Made by a program: the position numbers and the translations under genes. DNA of 63,352 nucleotides, counting the filler, from Choristocarpus tenellus KU-1152 (Eukaryota > Protista > Phaeophyceae): the NCBI GenBank assembly GCA_964200185.2. It is 13 parts of 13 records of this genome, joined end to end, with 100 filler letters (N's around TTAATTAATTAA, not from the genome) between each part and the next. Parts side by side here need not be neighbours in the genome. Positions count along the whole stretch, not along the records: positions 1 to 3,075 come from CAXNAD020022501.1; positions 3,176 to 9,790 come from CAXNAD020007745.1; positions 9,891 to 13,736 come from CAXNAD020017596.1; 10 more parts are not named here. The stretch is one strand, 5' to 3'. Under the pieces are notes generated by a model. The model made no database searches and was not told the DNA's origin. It saw only the letters and a list, made by a program, of their open reading frames with translations. Below are positions 1 through 11,782 of the stretch, in pieces. Position 1 is the first letter of the stretch. The number at the start of each line of letters is the position of its first letter.

Positions 1-23
1 CTTCCTCAATTTTGAGATTCCCC

Positions 24-1593
24 TGTTATTTATCTATTTTCTCGGGCAAGTTGTTGGACTTGTCATGGTGTTTTCGGGCAACAGGCGGTCTTGGGCAGTG
101 AGAAGGTCTAGGGGTGATGAGATTCGAAGCCGGGCGTATGAACGATGTTTGATCTCTGGGCGATCCATGGGACCACCCTGAGATCCATGATCCTGAAAAT
201 CCGTGCATTATGGTTTTTGGAATTTGTGAATCCGATTATATCCATACTTACAATTTTTTTTAATACAAAGCACATACTTCATTGATTTTGTACGTTTCCA
301 ATGTTCAGAAACCAAAAGGTAAAAAAAACTGGCACCCTCTAATATTTTTGAAGTACAAAATCTGAAATTGTTGGACATTTGCATTCTTAAAAATACTAGA
401 GACGAAAAAAAGGAGTTCTTTTGGGCGTAGGGGATCCGATCGGATCCCCTACGCCCTTGAACACCCAAAACACGTGCATTAGGATTTATTGAAATAGTAA
501 ATCCAGTAATAACCTTTCTTACAATTTTTGAAAGTACAAAGCACGCACTTTATGGGTCTCTCACGTTTCCAGTTTTCAGAAACTAAAAGGTTACTTCCAA
601 CTGGTACCCACAATTTATTTAAATACTAAAACCGCTTTTTGGCGACTTTAGTATTCTAAAGAATACTAGAGATGACAAAAAAGCGGATCTAGAGTTTTAA
701 AGATCCGATCGGATCTTCTAAACCCTTGAAGACCCGAAACACGTGCGTTAGGGTTATTACGAAATAATAATAGTTTTCTAATCTTTACATCAACAAATAC
801 AAATACAAACCACATCCTTCATTGATCCAATACGTTTGAAACGTACAAAACGAAAAGGTCACAAAAAAACTGTTACTCTCTGTCTCTATTCAATATGAAA
901 TCGTATGCTGTTCGATATTCGTATTTTTTGTGTCAACGGAAAGACAAATCTGAGTTTTGAGGACCGACCGACCAGATGAAATAAAGCAGCACCTCCCATC
1001 CATCAGTCCTTATTTCAATTCATTCCGTTCCGTACATACCACGCGCACCTGTTATTTATCGATCCCCGTCACACCCTCCCAATCTTCACCATGTCCAGCA
1101 TTCGCTCAACAATAACCCACCCGCCCGCCGATGGCGCTGCCCACAGATCGAGATCGTGGTACAGCAACGCTTGCCATTCAAGGACGAACACTGGATGGAA
1201 ACCATAGAATAACGGTGCTGAAGAGAGAGTTTGATCCCGAAGGCGCTTTCATGATGCGGGTCTACATGGAGTTCAACCAAGCAGAAGAGAGGCTAATTGC
1301 CAACAGTGGGTGATGAAGTGTTATCGTTGTTCCATGATCTCCTGATGACTCTTCTGATCTACCAAGTTGTTACCGAGTTTCCTTTGTTTGGTTCATCGTC
1401 AGTGAGCCCATTGTTGATCTTTTCGCTGTTGATCTTTTTTATCCCTCGTGGTCTTTCTGTCGACAGCAACATATAGCTCACTACTGCCTTCCGTGTGTGT
1501 CCTGCGACCGCTTCCCACCTACCCCTTGCCCTGTTCGCCCATTGCGATGTGTTACAAGTCAAACAACTTGCCCAAGAAAATAGATAAATGCAG
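24..1593. mobile_element. Possible element bounded by diverged inverted repeats (~24-110 and ~1500-1593)
   Basis: TTTATCTATTTTCTCGGGCAAGTTGTTGGACTTGT near 30-64 is the near reverse complement of ACAAGTCAAACAACTTGCCCAAGAAAATAGATAAA at ~1554-1588; weaker similarity extends inward. No clear TSD. Confidence 0.4.
151..990. repeat. Diverged ~270-bp tandem repeat (about 3 units), each with a ~35-bp hairpin/palindrome
   Basis: Anchor AAA(T/C)(C/A)CGTGC(A/G)TTA at ~197, 467 and 736; shared CGTTT...AAAAGGT and AATACTAGAGA blocks; palindromes at 151-185, 423-456 and 691-726. Confidence 0.85.
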
Positions 1594-2491
1594 ATCGGCG
1601 TATCTGACAGGGTAGGGGGGGGGGGGGCAGATCGCAACAAACAATATCTCGGGCACTACTGAGATATTCGTACAAAGAGGTCAATCATCATATAATGTCA
1701 ATACTTATATGCGCTCAGTGGTAGCTTCTGTCAGAATAGTATCATCATCGTCATCCCAACAAAGTGGACCTGCACCTTCGACNNNNNNNNNNGATATGGT
1801 GCGATCAATAACAAGCAAGAGCTGGAGGTCAAGAAAATACTTTGGGTACCTGGTATGCCATGCCGAATATTGAGCAGTGGGACCCTGGGACAAGATGACG
1901 GAGTTAATCGAGGCAATGCAGCCGGAGCTGCAATCCTGAGCCTGAGCCATGAGCCTGAGTCTGAGCCACAAGAATCTGCCTATGGACCTAGAGCAGTCGT
2001 CACAACACTTGTCCCTAAAGGGGGCACACCCATCGATTGGAAACCCCAAGATTCTTGCTTACGGAATGAGAAAAGCAATTGCTGTACCTGCCACTAGGGG
2101 AGCAGGACATTAACAGGAGCAGTAACTAAGCCTCCACCAGAAAGGAAAGGAGGAGCTAACCGTGGGGAGCCTGGGAGCACTCTAGCCGCTGGGACCTTAA
2201 ACTCATGGAAGAGAACACAGAAGGTCAGCGGAAGAGGCGGCCAAGGTACAACTGGTCAACGTACGGACCATATTACAACGAGATCAGGACCAACAGAAGA
2301 TGTTTAAACTGTGGACTGATCAAGCATATTGGTCCTTGTTCTTTGAAGGAATATGCTACAACTGTGGAGGTAAAGTAAACCTTCAGATCGTTTGTCGCCA
2401 GAGGAGAGCGACACCGTCTTAACAGGCGGAGGAATTAGCTGGACCAGGGTTGGAGCCAGAAAAGAAAACCAGAGGAAGCTTGTCAGCGAAG

Positions 2492-2657
2492 GGCTCTAAG
2501 CATCTGGAGGGAGGTGGCGGCTGTCCATTTGGGATCAATTTTTTCATTTCGCGATTTTGGTGTGATTTGGTTGCATACGTTGGATGGATAATGTAAATGC
2601 ACATTTCCTTATTTTGACCCAAATGGACACCCTCCCTCCCCCCAGATACTTCGGCTC
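2492..2657. mobile_element. MITE family B (G/C-tract TIR), Sola2-like non-autonomous element
   Basis: GGCTCTAAGCATCTGG...CCAGATACTTCGGCTC; body matches 10056-10233; flanked by AAG/AAG. Confidence 0.85.
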
Positions 2658-2669
2658 AAGGGCTGCCTG

Positions 2670-2810
2670 TACACGACTTGTAAGTCTGGGAAGTATATAA
2701 TATCTACTCCAGACTATCAAGAACCATCTTCCATCTCAGAGGCACCCTGGCGAGGAAGGTTGTTAGCAAAGGACTTCACTCAACAAGAGCATGTGTACAA
2801 CACAATTATG
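2670..2810 (+). pseudogene. Possible Ty1/copia reverse transcriptase remnant
   Basis: Translation WRGRLLAKDFTQQEHVY resembles the copia RT motif YKARLVAKGFTQQEGVDY; short and degenerate. Confidence 0.3.
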
Positions 2811-3075
2811 ATAGGCTTCAAGCCTGGGGGAGTGAGTGCTACGTCCAACAAGAGAAACAGCAAAAGAGGGCTGGTTCAATTTTTTAACCATAAACTAAGC
2901 GAGGGGTCATCATGGGACACGATTGAACATCACTGTGTTGACTAGATGAATGACGTATATTTGAGTTCAAGCAATCAGTGTTCTTTTATTGAGTTGACAA
3001 GATAAATGTGACGTATTGAGTTGAAAAGATAAGCGTGCCGGCGAACGAGAAACTCTCACTGTTGTCTGTTGTGTC

Positions 3076-3175
3076 NNNNNNNNNNNNNNNNNNNNNNNNN
3101 NNNNNNNNNNNNNNNNNNNTTAATTAATTAANNNNNNNNNNNNNNNNNNNNNNNNNNNNNNNNNNNNNNNNNNNN
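3076..3175. other. Artificial contig spacer N44-TTAATTAATTAA-N44 (also at 9791, 13737, 19671, 24554, 29775, 35242, 38665, 46266, 49309, 56540, 60324)
   Basis: Twelve identical 100-bp blocks with stop codons in all six frames. Confidence 0.99.
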
Positions 3176-3212
3176 TGTCCGATAGAGTTGGAAAAGTCTA
3201 ATCGAACAGATG

Positions 3213-3451
3213 GTACGAGTTTTGCCCTATTTGTCCATTTGGGGATTGGCTTTCCACGGGTTTTTAATGACATTCTACCTAAACCAAAATGTTTCGGAGT
3301 GGGTGAAATGCATACGTTATGAAAAGATGTGTCCGGAACAAGAATATTGAAATCTCGTAACAAACACGATACCCAAAATTACGTCAAAATTGCAACATTG
3401 GATTTTGGTCCTCAAATGGACACGACTCTACCCTCTAAGATACTTTGACTC
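3213..3451 (-). mobile_element. MITE family A, one end degraded
   Basis: Body matches 5838-6095; ends TACCCTCTAAGATACTTTGACTC. Confidence 0.9.
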
Positions 3452-4017
3452 AGTTGCGAGCAGGTATCCTATCGAGGGATTGCCGGTTGGATTCTGAGGT
3501 GAACCTCTGGTATTGATCAGGCAGGATCGTGAATGTCTTGTCCAGGTGGCTGTAGTCGATGTCTGTGAAGTCTGGGATGATGATAGCCTGAAGGGACATG
3601 ACGCGGGGACCCGGTTGTGCATCCTGCATCACCACAAACATGTTCATTGCAGGAGCTGTGTTGGAGTGTAGGACTAATGGCATGTGTTTGCGCGTGATGG
3701 CCTTGTTTGGTTGTATATGGGTGTTGTGTGTTGATCCTTTTGAGAAATTGATAGTTTTACGTATTACAGAGGATACACTTAGGCAGCAGAATGAATGAAT
3801 GGAATGCACTTATTTGCCCTACGTAACTGTAAAGTATAATGTGAAAGGTGTCAGTTGCGGTTTCAGATAGGGAGAACAAAATGACACTGGTTTGGATGTC
3901 AGGAATAGACGTTATGGGAGGAATTTATGTCGGTTTGATGGGGTATAAGGGGATATAAGGGGATATGTGACATCTGTACATGGACAGCGTGGATTCATTC
4001 GTGTGGGGCATTGTTCT

Positions 4018-4245
4018 CTGTGAAGGTATCTTAGAGGGTACGAGTTTTGCCCTGTTTGTCCATTTGAGGCTTGGCTTCCCATGGTTTTTTTATTACATTT
4101 TCCTACTCCAAAATATTTCGGAGTATCTGGACCAAGGGAATTCACACTTACTAACAAACACGATTGCCATAATCATACTAAAATCTTAACATTGGAATTT
4201 GGTCCTCAAATGGACGCAGGCCTACCCTCTAAGATAATTTGGCTC
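4018..4245 (-). mobile_element. MITE family A, internally deleted copy, TSD TTCT
   Basis: Both TIRs recognisable; TTCT at 4014-4017 and 4246-4249. Confidence 0.9.
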
Positions 4246-5024
4246 TTCTCTTAGAAGCAATAAGAAGCGTTCCTCACCTTGTCCGTCCGTGACATGTGAA
4301 TAGTTCGCACTCCATCAACAAGCTAGCATTCAGCACCTCGAAGTCTTCAGTGACAAAGACGATCTCATCTCCAGCACTGAACATCCCTCCGTAGCTGGAG
4401 TGGTGTCTGGCGCTCTATTGAATTGTGTCATTGCGGGGGACAGTTAACGGCAAGAACTCTGTACCACTGTACTCCGATGGCTGCGTCCGCACAATGCATA
4501 TGTTTCCCTCGGCAAGCTGTCTCTTCTTCCTGGACAACTGACTTCTCAGATATATCACCCGTTCCCGCTTCCGTGGAAAATCTGAGGTCTATCTCCTTAA
4601 GCGGGGGCAAGTGGGTTAGTTGCCCCCTGCCTTGGGCCAGGTTGCCGATGGAACAGTTCGTGCAGTAGTACGACAGTTCGGTGTATATCCATTTTCGGGA
4701 GTCTCCGGTGGTGAGTCGATCAGTGAAGAACCTGTGCTTAGATTTGATTCCACGGAGATTTGGGACACGTGGGTCGTGTCGTCCTGTACGGTCGATCTTG
4801 TAAGGTGGAAGGTGGACTATCTCTTGTGTGCGAAACGTATCGATGTATAGAAGTTTCGTATATATGTGATACTGTGCTGCCTGCCGTCCCTGTCCGTCCA
4901 ATGCTAAGGGTTCTGGTGATTATGCGTATAAGGGGAGGGGTGGTAGGTGTTGAAGTCAGTGTCGGCGCTGAGGTAGTGTGCTGTGACTGATTTGATGTGA
5001 TGACATTTTCTTTGGAGTGATAAG

Positions 5025-5700
5025 TGCTACCTATTCCTGTAACAAGTAGTGTTTGGTAATGACAGATGGCAGCCTGGGATGAAACCCCAAACTTGTAGTT
5101 TTGTGTAAGTTTGCCGATTGGTAGACTTCTGAAAAATAGAGGGCGATGGTCGCAAGTGTGCACAGACTTTGTGCGGTCGATTAAGAAGTGCGTATGTTCG
5201 ATTATCGTGTGATTCATGGTGTGACATAAAGGTTCAACGAAATATATTGGCTTTTATAGTGTATGGGTTGGCAAGGGGCGGTAGGGTGCAGTCTGTAGTG
5301 AGTTGCAAAACAGGGATTAATTATTGTGAGTGGGGAAAATCATGCATGTGGTACATGTGGTATCTATTCCTGCAGCAAGCGATGGATACATGGCCCACGT
5401 TGTTACGTGAAAGAAGAAAACAATAACTTGGAGTTTTGGGTTAATTTACCAATTGGCAGACTTGAAAAAAAATAGGTGGCGATAGTTGTAAGAGTGTACA
5501 GACTATCTGTGCAGTCATTTGATAAGTGCGTATGTGTTATCTTGACGCTGTGCATCGTGTTGGCGTGAAGGGAGTGACGGATGTGACACAAGTTCGAACG
5601 GTACATATTGAGTGTTTGATGCATAGGTGGGCAAGGGGTGTACGTGTTAGGGTTGGTGCCAGTGGCAAAACGAGGCCGAACTTTGTGAGTGTGGGGGGGG
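5025..5700. repeat. ~335-bp diverged tandem duplication inside a putative transposase intron
   Basis: CTATTCCTG...AACTTG..GTTTTG...ATTGG(T/C)AGACTT...AAGTGCGTATGT...GGCAAGGGG...GCAAAAC...TTGTGAGTG occurs twice. Confidence 0.8.
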
Positions 5701-5837
5701 TCGTCATATGGAGTGTGCCTACCTTTGAAACGAGTTTCTGTCCAGGAGGAACCTTATGACCTACCTTTGTGGTAGCGCCACTCTTCCTCTGGGGTGGGAT
5801 CCCTCAAGGAGTATCGAGTCTTGGTTGCCTTGATTGT

Positions 5838-6095
5838 GAGTGAAAGTATCTTAGAGGGTACGAGTTTTTCCCTGTTTGTTCATTTAAAGCTTGGGTCCTT
5901 TCGTGGTTTTTATGACATTTTTCTACTCCCAAATATCTCGGAGTAGGTAAAATGTATACGTCATGAAAAGGTGTCTTCGGAACAAGAATATTGACACTTC
6001 CTAACAAACACGATAGCCAAGTTTACATCGAAATCGCAATATTGGATTTTGGTCCCAAAATGAACGCGGCTCTACCCTCTAAGATGCTTTGGCTC
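5838..6095 (-). mobile_element. MITE family A, full length (258 bp), TSD TTGT, inserted in the Sola2 transposase exon
   Basis: GAGTGAAAGTATCTTAGAGGGTA...TACCCTCTAAGATGCTTTGGCTC; TTGT on both sides. Confidence 0.95.
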
Positions 6096-9000
6096 TTGTA
6101 TCCACTAGGGATGAGGTTCCCGGCATTCTCACCCCGTGTAGTTCCAGTCTCCTGGCAGCAGATTTCACCACAGCCCCGACTCCACCAGACAAGGATTTGA
6201 CGTGACAGGACGTAAAGAAGTTGTGTACAACGGAAATTCCCATCCCTGCTAAAGACTGAGAAACCCACCACATCTGCCATCTGTTCTTGAATTGGCTCTC
6301 GCAGCCATCAGACCAGATGTGGAGGGCCTCTAGGGTCAGTCCGTATTTACTGGCTAGAGGTATTAGGTGGTCTTTCACAAACACCTCCATGGTGTTCTGG
6401 ACGAACTCGTTGTCTGGACTTCGGTCTTCACTGCACACCGTCATGCTTTGAGCCCAAACCCTTCCCTTCCCAAGATTTCCCTCTTCTCTGAGATCCCTCA
6501 ACCACCAGACAATGGTCAGAAGTGCCGCAAGGAATACATTGAAGGACTCTTGTTGTGTCAAGTCCTGGTGGTTGTTTTGTAGGTGGGCGCTGAAGTCCAT
6601 GGACATGGCGGCATGTCCTTTGGGGAGGCGGGCTTTGCAGTGTTTGTATTGTTACGCGTGCCAAATGGTGGTGTTGTGATGAAGGAAGAAGCTTTTCTCG
6701 AAGTTTGCAAATATGACGTTTAGGAGTGTGGGGAATCCCTCTGTCCTTGGGAACAGCACCTGTATCGAATGGGCCAGGTGGTCGCTTATCGAGAGTTGTT
6801 GCTGGTGATAGGTCGTGGTGATTCAGGCTTTGTTGTGGTGTAATCGATTATGTTCGGTGCTGTGGGAGGAGCATCTGCTCGTTGTTTGACGAATACGCCG
6901 TGACACATTCAATGTACACTGTAATTATTACTCGAAGGAAACTGTTGCTCACCTTTCGCCTCCAACAGTGTTTGTCCGTGGGCCCTGTGGCGTCTTCGTC
7001 GTCGTTATCCTCGGTCCTGTTCCTCCTGAGGTCGGGGGCGGACTCTCCCACCATGCACTTAGCAATAATCAAATCATCCGTCATGAGATTGTCCACCCTC
7101 AGATCCGTATATTTTTCGGTGATCAACTTGATCATGTCCTCCTAGGTGGTCCCATTTGAGGTGGAGATGCCAAGTCTAGACGACAGCACCGGTGTGGCAG
7201 TGTAGGCGGGTATATATATATATATATCTATAGCTTTATTGCAGCATGTGTGGTCTGGATGTTTACACCGGGGTCTGGTCGACACATTGCACAGGTTGCT
7301 GTGTCGGTCCTATACCCGTCGTGAGGGTGGAACCGGGCAGGTTCGTCTTCAAGACTTAATTGGTTGGTGAGTGTTTGGATAAGGCCCACCTTTAATTCCT
7401 GTCAAGTCTTTTGTTGCAGATCCGCCTCTACCACCGGGGTGTATGCGTGGACGAACTCGTTCCATGTGACCCGGGTGCTGTGAGAGTCGAACATACAAGG
7501 GCACTTCCAAATGGGATGAAATTTCCAGTTGCACAGGTAACATGTACTGTCTACACATGAAGTTTTGAAACCGCCCAAGGAACCGCCAGAGGACGGTTCG
7601 CTGAGGGGTTCCAGCATGGTCCTGTCGCATCTGTTTTGTTTTGATCAGTCCATGAGCGGTTTTTGTTGTCAGTGTGGATGTTTGAGTAGCGGATGGAACG
7701 TCACTAGTGGAGTCTGGTTGCGACTGCAGTGCATATGTAGAGTACGTAGTGGAACGGTTTGGGTGTGTGTACGTTGGTGTATGTATCTTTACTGCTTTCA
7801 TTATTTTGGATACCGTTACAGCTCGTCGCGATACCACATTCGCCACGTCAAGGATTTGGTTTGGAAGACAAGCTTACAAGAGGAAGGCCATTAGATGAGC
7901 ACCACTTTCGAGTGTGGTCTCCACTTCTTTAGACCCGCATCCTTTGCCTTTGTCGCAGAATTCGCATGTGCATGCGCAAGCGCGTTATCCATCGTCGTGA
8001 AAGCTCATTCTCGCATGTACTTTCTTCCAGTTCTCTCTGAGGCACTGAACCTGGAGGTCGGTGGCCATATGGTGGATGCAAACGCATGACCTGTGTTGCG
8101 CGGGAGAGTGGAGGGAGGAATGTGGTCGGTGTGTTATCCTCCCTTGTGTGTGGACTATGATGATGCATTACGTGACTGGCTATCCTGTAGTGGTTAGGAA
8201 ACGTAGAGTTGCCCGGTCGCCACTGTAGCGAGAGACTATTTCCGCACATACCTTGGCGTGGCCTTTGAAATGTAGAACGGTCTCCACTGCACGAATGTTG
8301 ACAGATAAGGTATTGGTCCTGAGATCCCCTCATGTTCGAATCTCTCTTTGAAGTTGGCATAGACATCCTCATCTCTCCCAATCTGTGACCTGTTGTGGGG
8401 TCGGTTGCACCATGTGCAAGTAGTGTAATGTCACAGTTTTGTTGGAGAGTGAACAGTGATTAATCCATGACGTGTCGAGGGTGGATACGCGCAATATTTA
8501 TGAGGATGACACTCGCTAGTGTTGGGTACCTCTGAGCATGCTGTTGGCACAATGCATCCGGATGGCAAACTCTCTTGTTCGTATGAGGGTCTAAGTAGTG
8601 CATTCCCTGGGTGGGATCATGAGATGTGACCGGATCGTGGGGCATGGAGGTGCTGTTGCTCTCCCACACGGTGATACTCAAAACATGTGTATCAGGATAC
8701 TGTACGTGGAACTGTCGTGAGGAGTTGTCCCTTCTCACGCAGTACACCCTTGGTCTGCTGTTTTGTGCGAGTAGCGATGGGAGATATGGGGCGTGTTTTG
8801 GTTGTGCAGCAGAATATGAGAGATCATCCGGACATCCCTGTTAGTGATGAAACGGTTTTCTACATATACAGTGGGTGTGTTCGCCCGGGGGGGAAGTTTT
8901 GTGTGTCACATTGTTGGTGGTTGCGGGAAACGAACTTCCATACCTGTGGGCGGTGCCTTGAGCAAAGTTGTGAGCGACGTGTATGTTTGAGCTGGCAGAG

Positions 9001-9890
9001 AAGCCCCCAGCGTCATTTGCAGCCGATTCGGATGGGCTCACCTGTCGCCGCATGTCTCGCAAGAATTCCGTGCGTTTTTCGGCGGATGACCTCAGTGTGT
9101 CGATGCTGACGTCGTACTTTTTTGCTGTGACAAACAGAAGTGGTTGAAACGTGGATGTCACCCCGTCATCGCCTATTTCGACATCAGGAGCGATGCCGAC
9201 GAGGACGGATATGTACACCTGGCGCTTTTGCTCGGTGCTAAGATCTTCTTTTACACATTGGAGGAATGTATAAACCTGGAGATCAGGCGTTGACTCGCGT
9301 TTTTCCCGACCCAACGCAACTCGCAGCGCACTTACCAATGGTGCAAATCTGCTCTTCTCATCCAACAACCGAGAGGCAAGGTCGTTCCAACTGCAGCCGC
9401 TTCCTTCCATCTCTTCTGAGCCATTGTGGTTAACAAACATGGAGAGGAAGAGGTCCACCTTCTGGTCCGTCTTGGATTTCTTCCACTAACGGGCGGCACT
9501 GGTCTTGGGCAGTATCTTTAATCCCCGTCTCCTGAGTGGGATCCAAAGGAGGTCACGATGTAAGTCGGGTGGGTTTGTTTCCTTTGACACTAGTGATCGA
9601 TCCTCATCATGCCAGCATGAGTAATACTCATCTTTTTTCGGGGAAAGGTGCTCGCGCATAATGTTTGGTCACAACGTGCTCCACGGAAAGGGCCGTGGTG
9701 GATGACACCCCACTTTGAAAGCATGGAGAAGGGTGTGTTTTGTTCGATTAGACTCTTCCAACTCTATCGGACAGTTCCGGTAAAATATGTNNNNNNNNNN
9801 NNNNNNNNNNNNNNNNNNNNNNNNNNNNNNNNNNTTAATTAATTAANNNNNNNNNNNNNNNNNNNNNNNNNNNNNNNNNNNNNNNNNNNN

Positions 9891-9986
9891 CACACAGATT
9901 CTTTTGGTCAATAAAAAAGCTGTTTGACCGAAACGGACACCCCCTCACAAACCATCCCCCCCCCCCCCCCCCAGATACTTTAACCG
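9891..9986. mobile_element. Terminus of a family-B-related MITE variant, cut by the contig edge
   Basis: CGAAACGGACACCCCCTCACAAACC-polyC-CAGATACTTT; same as 24654-24706. Confidence 0.75.
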
Positions 9987-10055
9987 AAATCAGAGCATCA
10001 CAGATGTATATATACTACTAGTATATATATATATATCCCATGGATGTGACATGTA

Positions 10056-10233
10056 GGCTCAAAGTATCTGGGATGGGGTGACGACTGTCTATTTGGGGCC
10101 AATTTTTTCATGTCGCGATTTTGGGTGATTTCATTGCATGCGTCGGACAGATAACGTAATTGCACTTCTCCTGGTTATGGTCCGAATGGGCACCTTGGTG
10201 TAGACCCCCCCCTTATCCCAGATACTTTGAATC
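10056..10233. mobile_element. MITE family B, full length (178 bp), TSD TGTA
   Basis: GGCTCAAAGTATCTGGGA...TCCCAGATACTTTGAATC; TGTA on both sides. Confidence 0.95.
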
Positions 10234-10277
10234 TGTACAATGAAAGACTGTGTTACCCTCAATATTTGACACCTTAA

Positions 10278-10535
10278 GAGTCAAAGAATCTTTGAGGGTA
10301 AATCCACATCCGTTTGGGGGCCAAAATCAAATGTTGCGATTTTGATGTAATTTTGGTTATCGTGATTGTTAGGAAGTGCCAATATATTTTTTCCGATACT
10401 CTGTTTCATAGTTTTATACATTTTACCTACTCCGAAACATTTTGGAGGAGGAAAATGTCATAAAAAACCTGTGGGAAGTCAAGCCCCAAAGAGATAAACT
10501 GGGCAAAATTCGAACTCTCTAAGATAATTTTACTC
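10278..10535 (+). mobile_element. MITE family A, full length, diverged
   Basis: GAGTCAAAGAATCTTTGAGGGTA...CTCTCTAAGATAATTTTACTC; TSD not clean. Confidence 0.9.
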
Positions 10536-11547
10536 TGAGTATCAATAGCTTCAACACTGCAATAGCTGCAATGATGATTATGTTCTGTTCTCAACCAATA
10601 AACACATTCATGTCATCACTCACAACAAGGAATCACTCTCCTCTAGTTTTGTCAATCTTACTCAGAGTTACGCCTTGCCAAGATATTCAAGGGTAGTGAC
10701 TGACCCCAAGACCACAATTGTTTTTCACTGATGCTGCTTGTTTAATAGAATAATCATTTGCCATATTAGACCGCAAGAAATGGAGATGTGATACTTACCT
10801 CTCTCTCCTGTGCACTGGATAGAATGCCCTCAATGCTCTCAGTAAACAATGCGGGGTGAAGTTGCAAGGGGATTGCCACCTTGTCACGAAGTGCTTTGGT
10901 ACACAGAGTTTCCTTCACACAGACAAAACGGTTTAGCTGGATCAACAACACCTTAGGTACTCTTATGATAAAGATCCTGCCTCTTCGTTTTGTCCCACAT
11001 CGTTTACATGTGCAATCTTCCATCTCCTGGGAAGGGAGGGTGAGAATACACCTTGATTCTTTTGAATGATTTGGGCGATACTTGGCAGGTACCTCTCGTA
11101 TACTTTGACTCAGGGCGGCATTGACTTTGATTGGGTCAATGGTCACATGAATCTGTCCACAGCACGGCAAGATCACCCTGGCTGCATAACATAACTTCCC
11201 ACGCTTAGGGCAGGGAAGAACGTTCGGAAATTTCCGCAGGAGTGACAACAAATTCAAGCTCATTGACATATTAGTGCCTCCGCGCGCAGTAAAAGCTAGC
11301 TCCTTCAGGATGTTGAAGGTGAAGGTGGAGTTATCCTCTGGAGATTGTTTTGAGCAATATGTGCAAAACCATGGGACATGCAATACATGTCAGCGGCAGA
11401 CCACAAGCTTAGACCCCATGTGTGGCGGGAATCAAGTTGTTGATTGTTGCTGGCAAGGGATGCATCTTCTCTTGCGGACAAGGAGGTGCAGGAAGGCTAA
11501 GAAAAAACAATTTTGTGCACTTGCTAGCGTAAGGCACCACTATTACT

Positions 11548-11782
11548 GATTCAAAATATCTTAGAGGGTAGAGCCGCGTCCGTTTAGGGGCAAAAATCCA
11601 ATGATACGATTTTGATGTATTTTGACTATCGTGTTTGTTAGGAAGTGCCAATATCCTTGTTCAGGACCTTTTCATAACGTATACATGTCAGAGTAGGTAA
11701 CATGTGATAAAACCCCATGGTAAGTCAAGCCCCAAACGGATAAACAGGGCAAAACTCATATCCTTCTAAGATACGTTCACTC
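11548..11782 (+). mobile_element. MITE family A, internally deleted, flanked by ACT/ACT
   Basis: GATTCAAAATATCTTAGAGGGTA...TTCTAAGATACGTTCACTC. Confidence 0.9.

Larger units (their letters stand above)
4428..9458 (-). pseudogene. Sola2-type DDD transposase, multi-exon and degenerate (catalytic core ~6096-6720; may extend to ~3450)
   Basis: In order on the minus strand: N-terminal helical ORF (8841-9458), Cys cluster CVDSTCYLC...VTWNEF (7402-7617), HHNTTIW...MDFSAH, IWSDGCESQFKNR, FFTSCHVKSLSGGVGAVVK (cf. Sola2 DFxENY, SDGxxxQYKN, HGKxxxDGxGGxxK), then RGIKSKHRF and LSYYCTNC (4428-4901). The third Asp reads Gly; stops and a MITE insertion are present. Confidence 0.8.

Noticed and set aside
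151-990. CRISPR-like array of palindromes
   Set aside because: The intervening ~235-bp segments are homologous to each other rather than unique spacers; no cas genes; eukaryotic context.
1705-2480. Coding-like sequence, possibly retroelement-derived
   Set aside because: No diagnostic motif recognised; contains a gap and stops.
3120-3131. Recurrent TTAATTAATTAA palindrome
   Set aside because: Always embedded in N44 blocks; a synthetic all-frame-stop linker, not biology.
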